From contig CAZUST010000003.1 in the NCBI GenBank assembly GCA_964623335.1, positions 869 through 64,868 on the forward strand: a stretch of 64,000 bases of DNA, read 5' to 3'. The notes below the pieces were generated by a model. It had not been told where the DNA came from. It saw nothing but the letters and a program-made list of their open reading frames with translations, and ran no database searches. A program made the translations under genes and the position numbers. Positions within the stretch are counted from its first letter, which is position 1. Each line of letters begins with the position of its first letter. Origin of the DNA: an uncultured Candidatus Saccharibacteria bacterium (GTDB lineage Bacteria; Patescibacteriota; Minisyncoccia; Minisyncoccales; UBA5738). This document shows positions 17,816 through 25,302 of the stretch, piece by piece.

Positions 17816-18421
17816 ATGGGAAGGTATTACTTTTCAACCAAAACCGAGGCGGATAATCTTAAAAAAATAGATATAAGCTGGCTGAAACACCAAGGTCTTT
17901 TGCAAGGATGGCATTCAAGCACAATATCGTGGACCAATGGCTTTACGGGCGATAAAAGCAGTGTTGGAATTGAGATTTCCGTTTTAAGCAAGGAACGATA
18001 TGCTCGCATCCACTATACCCAAACGGGACAGAACGAAGAAAAGCGGTATTTTGATTACCGCATACCCATTACCTCAACTCCCTGCAATTATGGCGGAGAA
18101 AGATATTGGTTCACCTGTCCGTGGTATAAAAATGGTAACTACTGCGGACAGCGCGTAAGAACACTATACAAAGCTGGTGATTATTTCGCCTGCCGCCATT
18201 GTTATAACCTAACCTATAGCGACCGAAACGCTAACCGCCGCTATCGGATGTTACCCCTGTTCAATACTTTGCTCGTTGAAAAGAAAATTGATGAACTACA
18301 AAACAAGATTAAAAAGCCGTTTTATGCGGGGAAACCGACAAAAAAACGGCTAAGGCTGGAAAAGCTCTATCGGCAAGCAACGACCAGCTACTCTCGCCTA
18401 AAAGAAGAAAAATTGATATAA
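17816..18421 (+). CDS. Hypothetical zinc-finger protein
   Basis: GGERYWFTCP...CG.R...LY...FACRHCYNLTY. Confidence 0.78.
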   Translation: MGRYYFSTKTEADNLKKIDISWLKHQGLLQGWHSSTISWTNGFTGDKSSVGIEISVLSKERYARIHYTQTGQNEEKRYFDYRIPITSTPCNYGGERYWFTCPWYKNGNYCGQRVRTLYKAGDYFACRHCYNLTYSDRNANRRYRMLPLFNTLLVEKKIDELQNKIKKPFYAGKPTKKRLRLEKLYRQATTSYSRLKEEKLI

Positions 18422-18550
18422 TGACCTTGTTGTCCCACTCATTTATAAAACGAGGAGTTTTTATATACCTCGTTGCCCTAAAGGGGCGGTCTGCCAATGA
18501 GGCTTACTCTTCGGATTAAGTGAGTTGGGACAACCAGACCGTCCCTTTTG
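18414..18550 (+). promoter_or_regulatory. Extended -10 promoter and structured 5' leader of the recombinase
   Basis: TGaTATAAT at 18414-18422; two interleaved long complementarities, the second ending in TTTT. Confidence 0.65.
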
Positions 18551-18554
18551 GTAT

Positions 18555-20174
18555 ATGAACACACCAACCAATAAAAAAATCACATATTTCCTTTACGCCC
18601 GTAAATCCTCGGAAAGCGAGGACAGGCAAGTTCAGTCCATTGAGGACCAAGTAAACCGCCTTAAGGAGTTGGCCCGTAGTTTTAATATTGAAATAAAGGA
18701 AATTCTCACAGAGGCTAAATCCGCAAAAAAACCTAATTTCCGCCCCGTTTTCAGCGATATGTTGAAGCGTATTGAAAAGGGCGAAGCCAATGGCATTTTA
18801 TGCTGGCAAATTAATCGCCTTTCCCGTAACCCCGTTGATAGCGGGACCTTGAGCTGGATGCTTCAACAAGGCGTTTTGCAGTGTATACAAACCATAGACC
18901 GCAAATATCTACCAGACGATAATGTTTTGCTTTTCAGCGTTGAAAGCGGAATGGCTAATCAATTTATCATAGACCTGCGCAAAAACAGCCGAAGAGGTAT
19001 GGAAGGCAAAGCACAACGAGGTTGGCTCCCAAGTCAAGCACGCGTGGGTTATCAAAATGACTTGCTTCAACATACCATCGTCAAAGACCCTGAACGATTT
19101 GATTTGGTTCGCAAGATGTGGGATTTGATGCTTACGGGTAATTACACTCCGCCACAAATAAGAAGAATAGCTAACAACGAATGGGGCTTCAGGACCAAAA
19201 AACGCAAAAGGAAGGGTGGAGATGAGATTTCAAATGCCGCGATTTATAAGCTGTTCACTAACCTTTTTTATACGGGAATGTTTGAATGGGCGGGAGTAAC
19301 TTACCAAGGCAATCACCCGCCGATGATTACGCTGGAAGAGTATGACAGAGTTCAGGTCATCCTTGGCAAAAGAGGTAAACCGAGGGCTAAAAACCACGAG
19401 TTTGCATACACTGGTATCATTTATTGCAAGGATTGCGGGTCAATGTATACCGCTTGTGAAAAAACTAAAATAGTGAAAAGCACTGGGGGGTTAAAAACCT
19501 ATGTTTATTATTTTTGCACAAAAAAGAAACGTGGCGTTAAATGCCTCCACGCTAAACCTGTAAGGCTTGAAGACCTTGAAGAGCAAATTGAGGCAGAGAT
19601 TGAAAAATATACAATTTTACCAGAGTTCCGACAATGGGCTTTGGATATTTTGGCAAAACAAAACAATACCGAAATTAACGACCGAGCTAAGGTTTATGAA
19701 ATGCAACACGCCTCTTTTACGGAAACCCAAAAAGAGCTGGATAACCTAACCCGTATGCGTTACAAAGATATGATTGATGACGAAACCTTTGTCAAAGAAA
19801 GCAACATCTTGAAAGATAAAATTGCGAAAATCAAGGATGCTTTAAGGCAAACAGAGACCCGTGCCGAAAAATGGCTTGAGCTTACCGAAAAAACATTCCA
19901 TTTCGCCACTTATGCCCGCTCCGCCTTCTTAAATGGCAACTCAAGGCAGAAACGGGAGATACTCACCGCTCTTGGCTGGAACTTTTCAATAAAAGACAAA
20001 AAACTGCTTATAGAGCCTAACGAATGGCTTGTCCCGATAGCAAAAGCCTATCCTGCGCTTGAAAGCGAATATAGGCGGCTGGAACTAACTAAAAACCTCA
20101 CTTTTGAAGCTAAAAATGAGGCTTTAGTCGCAATAAACGCTCAATGGCGGGCCAGACGGGATTTGAACCCGTAA
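18555..20174 (+). CDS. Large serine recombinase (integrase); 3' end runs antisense into tRNA-Asp
   Basis: YARKSSE, QSIEDQ, RLSRN, recombinase domain (GNHPPMIT), CxxC zinc ribbon, coiled coil; ends QWRARRDLNP*. Confidence 0.93.
   Translation: MNTPTNKKITYFLYARKSSESEDRQVQSIEDQVNRLKELARSFNIEIKEILTEAKSAKKPNFRPVFSDMLKRIEKGEANGILCWQINRLSRNPVDSGTLSWMLQQGVLQCIQTIDRKYLPDDNVLLFSVESGMANQFIIDLRKNSRRGMEGKAQRGWLPSQARVGYQNDLLQHTIVKDPERFDLVRKMWDLMLTGNYTPPQIRRIANNEWGFRTKKRKRKGGDEISNAAIYKLFTNLFYTGMFEWAGVTYQGNHPPMITLEEYDRVQVILGKRGKPRAKNHEFAYTGIIYCKDCGSMYTACEKTKIVKSTGGLKTYVYYFCTKKKRGVKCLHAKPVRLEDLEEQIEAEIEKYTILPEFRQWALDILAKQNNTEINDRAKVYEMQHASFTETQKELDNLTRMRYKDMIDDETFVKESNILKDKIAKIKDALRQTETRAEKWLELTEKTFHFATYARSAFLNGNSRQKREILTALGWNFSIKDKKLLIEPNEWLVPIAKAYPALESEYRRLELTKNLTFEAKNEALVAINAQWRARRDLNP
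20085..20127 (-). terminator. Terminator-like hairpin inside the recombinase CDS, downstream of tRNA-Asp
   Basis: Minus strand GCCTCATTTT-loop-AAAAGTGAGGT followed by TTTTAGTT. Confidence 0.55.
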
Positions 20175-20222
20175 TCTCCTCCGTGACAGGGAGGCGTGAT
20201 AACCAGGTTACACTACTAGCCC
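20145..20222 (-). tRNA. tRNA-Asp(GTC) with encoded CCA; integration target
   Basis: GGGCTAG/CTGGCCC acceptor stem, CTCCC-TGTCAC-GGAG anticodon arm, GGTTCAAATCC. Confidence 0.95.
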
Positions 20223-20280
20223 AATCTTTGCGAAACATTACCAAGCTATCAGATAAATTAAAATTAATCAACCGGCTCGG

Positions 20281-20352
20281 TGCCGACGGCTGGATTCGAA
20301 CCAGCGACCTCGGCCTTATGAAGACCTCGCTCTGCCACTGAGCTACGCCGGC
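20281..20352 (-). tRNA. tRNA(CAT), elongator Met or Ile2
   Basis: GCCGGCG/CGTCGGC stem, loop TTCATAA, GGTTCGAATCC; no encoded CCA. Confidence 0.9.
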
Positions 20353-20427
20353 GATAAGATAAATAGTTTATCAGCCAATGAGTGATGAGTAAATGAGAAA
20401 ATGCAAATCAACGGATCGATGCAACAA

Positions 20428-20570
20428 ACTACTGCGCGCCCAAGACGGCGCGATATTTCCGCGGAAAAGTTTATTAATCCTTTGCTTCGCTACGGACGGA
20501 CATTTATCCCGATGCAGAGCATCAGGGTATTCTGCCAGATTAATAAAAAACTTCCCCGCGTTTTATTTGC
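20428..20570. repeat. REP-like composite palindromic repeat (family A)
   Basis: Similar to 61745-61875 and to the reverse complement of 30914-31045. Confidence 0.7.
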
Positions 20571-20592
20571 CATAGCTTACATGCTATCCTTG

Positions 20593-20663
20593 TCGCGGGG
20601 CCTGGAATTGCACCAGGGCCTCCAGCTTATGAGACTGGTGAGATACTACTTCTCTACCCCGCA
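20593..20663 (-). tRNA. tRNA(CAT), initiator-like but atypical
   Basis: TGCGGGG/CCCCGCG acceptor, A11-U24, loop CTCATAA; T-loop TGCAATT. Confidence 0.85.
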
Positions 20664-20691
20664 ATAACGACACGATATCTCGAACTTTTTT

Positions 20692-20720
20692 ATTCTATCC
20701 CATTATTTGACTTTCGTCAA
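20692..20720 (-). promoter_or_regulatory. Sigma70-type promoter of the tRNA cluster
   Basis: TTGACG-17bp-TAGAAT. Confidence 0.75.
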
Positions 20721-20756
20721 CGAAAAGTATTGTACAATGCAAGTATTTGGTAACGG

Positions 20757-21068
20757 AATTTAGTAACCGCTCACCGGGGAGCAAAAAACGGATTTGTTGA
20801 GGTTTGATTTCATCTTTAAGAAGTCAATCTTCAACAAATCCGCGGCGGTAAAATGGGACACAAATCCGTAAAAAATATTTCCCGAATGGGTTTCGATATC
20901 GCGGGATGTTAACCCCCCCGAACCGGCCAAAGGAACACCCCCTTGAAATCATCGACATCCGCAACCCCGAAGCAAAATATCGGAGAATTACGGATTTTGA
21001 AGCCAAACTTCCGCGAATACGCCAAAGATTGACTTAAAAACCCGGTCCCGGTGAGTGATTATTAAATT
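20757..21068. repeat. MITE-like element with ~22-bp imperfect terminal inverted repeats
   Basis: AATTTAGTAACCGCTCACCGGG ... CCCGGTGAGTGATTATTAAATT; internal hairpins and a family B repeat. Confidence 0.6.
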
Positions 21069-21241
21069 TGCCGTATAAAAACCGGCCGCTGAAAAAACGT
21101 GATCCTCTGAAAATACAAGTTGCCAAGGTGAAACCTCGCCGATCACATCAAGATTACCCCTTTAAAAATCCGGCACGTTTATTTTAACTGCCGGAATACC
21201 TCGGAGATCATCGATCCGCATATGAATCGTCCGGCAATAGT

Positions 21242-21760
21242 TTATTTATCGGTAAAGGCGTTGTTATCTTTCAGCCCCTGCTCAAAAGCAAGGATCGCGA
21301 TCTTGGCACTCTCGTAATCAAGGCTGTAGCTGGGATCGTTGACGATATCCTGGTAAAGCTGATCTGCCCGGATCATCGCCTTGATATCAGAAAACGAATG
21401 AGGGCGTTTCTCAAGTTTTTCGGCAAGGATCCGGCCTTCGAAATTGGCGCGCGTCAAAACATCGTTAACCAAAAGATCGGCTTCAATTACCGCCAGTTTG
21501 TATTCCGATTCTTTTTTCTTCAGCAGGCGTTTCTTGATCTTAACCCAATCCTTGTCAATCACCCGCGTCATATAGCTCCGGTAGGTAAGAAATTCTTTCA
21601 AGTCCCAGACCCAGAGGCGGCGCAGGTAGATGGTGGTGCACCAGACATAGACCATAAACGCAAAAACCCCCATGCAAAACAGGATAAAGAAAATTTTGGC
21701 CGCCAGCAGGACGCCAGTCATGGGCGGAAAGAGAATTTCGTTGAGTTGTTCAAAATCCAT
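21242..21760 (-). CDS. Hypothetical membrane-anchored protein
   Basis: N-terminal TM; W..I...YKLAVIEADLLV pattern. Confidence 0.75.
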   Translation of the reverse strand: MDFEQLNEILFPPMTGVLLAAKIFFILFCMGVFAFMVYVWCTTIYLRRLWVWDLKEFLTYRSYMTRVIDKDWVKIKKRLLKKKESEYKLAVIEADLLVNDVLTRANFEGRILAEKLEKRPHSFSDIKAMIRADQLYQDIVNDPSYSLDYESAKIAILAFEQGLKDNNAFTDK

Positions 21761-21801
21761 ATACGATATGGAATGAAAGCGGGCGGAACCGCCCGCGGAA
21801 A

Positions 21802-23211
21802 TTACTTTTGAGAAAGCTTTTCGCCAATCGCAAACAGCCGGGATTCGTCGAAATGCTTGCCGAGGATCTGCAAACCCACCGGCAAACCGTTAATATCGCC
21901 CGCAGGCAGAGCCAGCGAAGGCACCCCCGCAAGATTAATCGAAATCGTGAAGATATCAGAAAGGTACATTTGCAAAGGATCATCCATTTTTTCGCCGATC
22001 TTAAACGCGGGCGTGGGCGAGACCGGAGCAATAATCGCGTCAACATCCTCCAAAGCTTTGTCGAAATCGCGTTTGATCAAAGTGCGGACCTTCTGGGCGC
22101 GCACGTAATACGCGTCGTAATAACCCGCCGACAGCACATAAGTTCCCAGCATGACGCGGCGGCGCACTTCCGGGCCAAAGCCCCGGCCACGGCTTTCCAG
22201 ATAAATATGTTCGATATCTTTGGCATCCGGAGACGTGTAGCCGAAACGAATACCGTCGTATCTGGCAAGGTTGGCGCTTGCCTCGGAAGTGGCAATAATA
22301 TAATAGCAAGCCAGGGCATATTCGGTATGCGGCAGGGATATTTCAACCACTTCGTTGCCGAGTTTTTCGAATTCTGCCAATTTTTTGCGGATAATCGATT
22401 CCACCCGCGGATCCATGCCTTTGATGAAATATTCCTTCGGTATCCCGACGCGGTATTTTTGCCGGGGAGAAAAATCAAGCGAAGCGTCGGTTGAGGTGCT
22501 GTCCATTTCATCCCGGCCGCGAATTGCGTCAAATACGGTCTTGGCATCCTCAACGGATTTGGCCAAAGGACCGATTTGGTCCAGAGATGAAGCATACGCC
22601 GCACAGCCATAGCGCGAAACTGCGCCGTAAGTGGGTTTTAAACCCACCACGCCGCAGAATGACGCCGGCTGGCGAATGGAACCGCCGGTATCCGAACCCA
22701 GCGCGGCCACCGCCAAATTGGCGGCCACCGCCGCCGCCGAGCCGCCGGAAGATCCCCCGGGAACGCGCTCGGGATCGCGCGGATTACGCGTCACGCCAAA
22801 GGCCGAAGTCTCGGTGGAGCTGCCCATGGCGAATTCGTCCATGTTGGTCTTGCCCAAAATGACCGCGCCTTGTTCTTTAATTTTTTGGATGACCGTGGCA
22901 TCGTAAGGAGCGATATAGTTTTCCAAAATTTTAGACGCGGAAGTGCATTTCAATCCGTCAACCAAGATATTGTCCTTGATGGCCATCGGAATACCGCACA
23001 GCGCGGGGATATTCTCCCCTTTGGCAATCCGTTCGTCGGCCGCTCTGGCCCCGGCGAGCGCCAAATCCCGCGCAACCGTCAAATAGGCGAAAAATTTATC
23101 GTTTTCTTTTTCGATCTTATCCAAGTAAGCCCGGGCCAATTCGACCGCCGAAAATTTCTTTTGAGACAAGCCTTGGCGGGCTTCTTTAATTGTCAGGTCG
23201 TTCAATTCCAT
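21802..23211 (-). CDS. gatA: Asp/Glu-tRNA amidotransferase subunit A
   Basis: GKTNMDEFAMGSS, PGGSSGGS, GSDTGGSIRQPA, LARYDG. Confidence 0.97.
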   Translation of the reverse strand: MELNDLTIKEARQGLSQKKFSAVELARAYLDKIEKENDKFFAYLTVARDLALAGARAADERIAKGENIPALCGIPMAIKDNILVDGLKCTSASKILENYIAPYDATVIQKIKEQGAVILGKTNMDEFAMGSSTETSAFGVTRNPRDPERVPGGSSGGSAAAVAANLAVAALGSDTGGSIRQPASFCGVVGLKPTYGAVSRYGCAAYASSLDQIGPLAKSVEDAKTVFDAIRGRDEMDSTSTDASLDFSPRQKYRVGIPKEYFIKGMDPRVESIIRKKLAEFEKLGNEVVEISLPHTEYALACYYIIATSEASANLARYDGIRFGYTSPDAKDIEHIYLESRGRGFGPEVRRRVMLGTYVLSAGYYDAYYVRAQKVRTLIKRDFDKALEDVDAIIAPVSPTPAFKIGEKMDDPLQMYLSDIFTISINLAGVPSLALPAGDINGLPVGLQILGKHFDESRLFAIGEKLSQK

Positions 23212-23221
23212 AATCAACAAG

Positions 23222-23509
23222 TTAAAAAATGGATTTTACTTTGAGATAGCCGTCCTTGGTTTGCGGCATCTGGGAGCGCAGTTTTTCCAAACTTTCGGGA
23301 GTGCGCGGCGCCGCATTATCGGCCCGACCGACATTCGAAATATCGATTGAGTGCGCGAACGGTTTTATTCCTTCGATATCCGCTTCCTGAAGTTTTTCGA
23401 TATAACCCAAAATCGCCGAAAGATCCTTTTGGTATTTTTCAATCTCGCTGTCCGACAATCCCAGCCGCGCCAGCTTGGCAATATGTTGCGTTTCCTCTTT
23501 TGATAACAT
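23222..23509 (-). CDS. gatC: Asp/Glu-tRNA amidotransferase subunit C
   Basis: HIAKLARL...IL.YIEKL; directly upstream of gatA. Confidence 0.93.
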   Translation of the reverse strand: MLSKEETQHIAKLARLGLSDSEIEKYQKDLSAILGYIEKLQEADIEGIKPFAHSIDISNVGRADNAAPRTPESLEKLRSQMPQTKDGYLKVKSIF

Positions 23510-23686
23510 TAAATGCAATTTTTTGATTATTAAAAATTAATTTTTAATATTTTAATTTCCAAATCAAACCCATAATGATCAATTCTTGGCAAACCAATGC
23601 CGCTTTAACCATTTTGATCCATTTTGACATTTGATATTTGGATTTTGACATTTTCAGCATATCCCATTTTTCCCCTCTTGTTAACC

Positions 23687-23714
23687 TTGACGAAATAAAA
23701 AAGTATGTTAATTT
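23687..23714 (+). promoter_or_regulatory. Promoter predicted to give a leaderless transcript
   Basis: TTGACG-16bp-TAATTT with TG extension; ATG 7 nt downstream. Confidence 0.55.
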
Positions 23715-23720
23715 AAGCGT

Positions 23721-23882
23721 ATGGAAAAATGCCCCGGGTGCAACGGAACGGGATTTGTCACTTATCCCGTTGATCAAAGCCACGATGTAACTCACCCCTG
23801 TTCCTCTTGCAGGGGAAGCGGAAAAATTGGGAAACAGAGAAATCTTAACCCAGATAATGAGATCGTGAGGTACGTTTACTAA
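23721..23882 (+). CDS. 53-aa zinc-finger microprotein with two CxxCxGxG motifs
   Basis: Not in ORF track; MEKCPGCNGTGFV...HPCSSCRGSGKIG...YVY*; own promoter and terminator. Confidence 0.8.
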   Translation: MEKCPGCNGTGFVTYPVDQSHDVTHPCSSCRGSGKIGKQRNLNPDNEIVRYVY

Positions 23883-23904
23883 TATTTTTCCTTCCTTTTT
23901 TTTC

Positions 23905-23935
23905 AACGCCGCCCCGCATTTTGCGGGGCGTTTGA
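23905..23935. terminator. Intrinsic terminator-like hairpin between convergent genes
   Basis: CGCCCCGCA-TTT-TGCGGGGCG then TTTG. Confidence 0.65.
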
Positions 23936-24027
23936 TATAAATTAAAATGCAGTTTGCCGAGGTCGCGCCCCTGCTCCGCCAAAGCTCCGCAAGGGAACGA
24001 CCTTAAATACAAATACGAATGCAAAAA

Positions 24028-25158
24028 CTATTTTGGGGGTTCCAACTCTTTTGTTTCAATTAACACTTCGCGAAGTTTGTCCAGATTTTCCAATACCATG
24101 CCCGCGCCGCGGACAACCGAAGTTTTCGGATCTTCCACGGTTTTGACAGGCATACGAGTCTCTTTGGCGATAAGTTCATCCAAGCCGCGCAACTGGCTGC
24201 CGCCGCCGCACAGATAAATCCCGTTGTGCATAATATCGGCAATCAGTTCCGGCGGAGTTTCTTCGATAGCCATTTTGATCTCGTTAACGATCTGCCGCAC
24301 CGATTTGTCGATGGCGCGGCGGATCTCGTCTTCGGAAATAACGACCTCTTCGGGCAGGCCCGTCACCAGATTACGGCCGCGCATCTTGAAGTCGCGTTTA
24401 ACCGGTTTTTCCTTTTCCTTTTCCTTGTCCTTGTCTTTGTCTTTTTTGCCGCCCGCAACAACGATTTTGGCGTTGTCCGACGAATAAGCCAAACCGATAC
24501 CGATTTTAATGTTTTCGGCCATGCGCTCGCCGATCAAAAGCTTGTATTCCTCCTGCACGAACTGCATGATATCTTCGCAAAGTTTGTCGCCGGCCACGCG
24601 CAGGCTTTTGCCGAACACAATGCCACCCAGCGAAATGACCGCGATCTCGGTCGTACCGCCGCCCAAGTCAACCACAAAACTGCCCTGCGCTTCCTGTACC
24701 GGCAGACGAATACCGATGGCCGAGGCCATCGGTTCTTCGATCAGATAAACTTCGCGCGCGCCGGCGGATTTGCCCGCGTCGATAACGGCTTTCTTTTCCA
24801 CTTCGGTAACCCCAACCGGTACGCCCACGATCACCCGCGGCCGCAGGTTAAAAAGCAAACGGCGCTTACGGGCCTTTTCGATGAAATAGCGGAACATTTG
24901 TTCTGTAACTTCAAAATCCGAAATGACGCCGTGGCGCATGGGGCGCACGGCGACAATATGGGACGGCGTACGCCCTACCATTTTTTTGGCTTCTTCGCCT
25001 ACAGCCAAAATCTGGCCGGTTTTTTGGTTGACTGCCACCACCGACGGCTCAAACATCACGATCCCCCGCCCCTGCACGTAAACCACCGAATTGGCAGTGC
25101 CAAGATCGATGGCCATATCTTCCGAAAAAAGTTTGGTGAATTTTTGCCAGAAGTTCAT
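24028..25158 (-). CDS. mreB: MreB-family rod shape-determining protein (copy 1)
   Basis: IDLGTAN, EPSVVA, IEEPMA, DLGGGTTE, GGGSQL. Confidence 0.95.
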   Translation of the reverse strand: MNFWQKFTKLFSEDMAIDLGTANSVVYVQGRGIVMFEPSVVAVNQKTGQILAVGEEAKKMVGRTPSHIVAVRPMRHGVISDFEVTEQMFRYFIEKARKRRLLFNLRPRVIVGVPVGVTEVEKKAVIDAGKSAGAREVYLIEEPMASAIGIRLPVQEAQGSFVVDLGGGTTEIAVISLGGIVFGKSLRVAGDKLCEDIMQFVQEEYKLLIGERMAENIKIGIGLAYSSDNAKIVVAGGKKDKDKDKEKEKEKPVKRDFKMRGRNLVTGLPEEVVISEDEIRRAIDKSVRQIVNEIKMAIEETPPELIADIMHNGIYLCGGGSQLRGLDELIAKETRMPVKTVEDPKTSVVRGAGMVLENLDKLREVLIETKELEPPK

Positions 25159-25165
25159 TTTTATT

Positions 25166-25302
25166 CCGTAAAAAATATATTTCCAAAATGTGTTTCAATA
25201 CCGCGGGGCGTTAACCCCGCGAATCAGCCGAAGGAGCGCCTCCTTGGAAATCCTCGAAATCCGCAATCTTGAGGCAAAACCTCAAGGAATTGCGGATTCT
25301 AA
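25166..25302. repeat. Palindromic repeat, family B
   Basis: Close match to 35378-35514; weaker to 20865-21000 and 31203-31290. Confidence 0.8.

Larger units (their letters stand above)
4991..20154. mobile_element. Integrative element at tRNA-Asp (large serine recombinase, primase-helicase, type III R-M)
   Basis: 8-bp direct repeat GCGGGCCA at 4991-4998 and 20147-20154 (tRNA 3' end); joining the ends restores an in-frame recombinase tail; no GATC seen inside. Confidence 0.88.

Noticed and set aside
18525-18554. TTG start of the recombinase given by the ORF track
   Set aside because: It lies inside the paired leader; ATG 18555 gives a typical distance to the YxRxS catalytic motif.
4991-20154. 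Prophage or ICE
   Set aside because: No recognisable capsid, terminase, tail, relaxase or T4SS genes.
20144-20667. Short plus-strand ORFs in the tRNA cluster
   Set aside because: They overlap tRNA genes and repeats on the opposite strand.
23544-23906. 120-aa minus-strand ORF, or an ncRNA at 23730-23880
   Set aside because: Better explained by the plus-strand CxxCxGxG microprotein and a heptamer array.
24226-25272. Long plus-strand ORFs opposite conserved genes (also 60700-61683, 10253-11029, 49177-49761, 21808-22494)
   Set aside because: Antisense shadows of mreB, fusA, mod, rplR and gatA with no motifs of their own.
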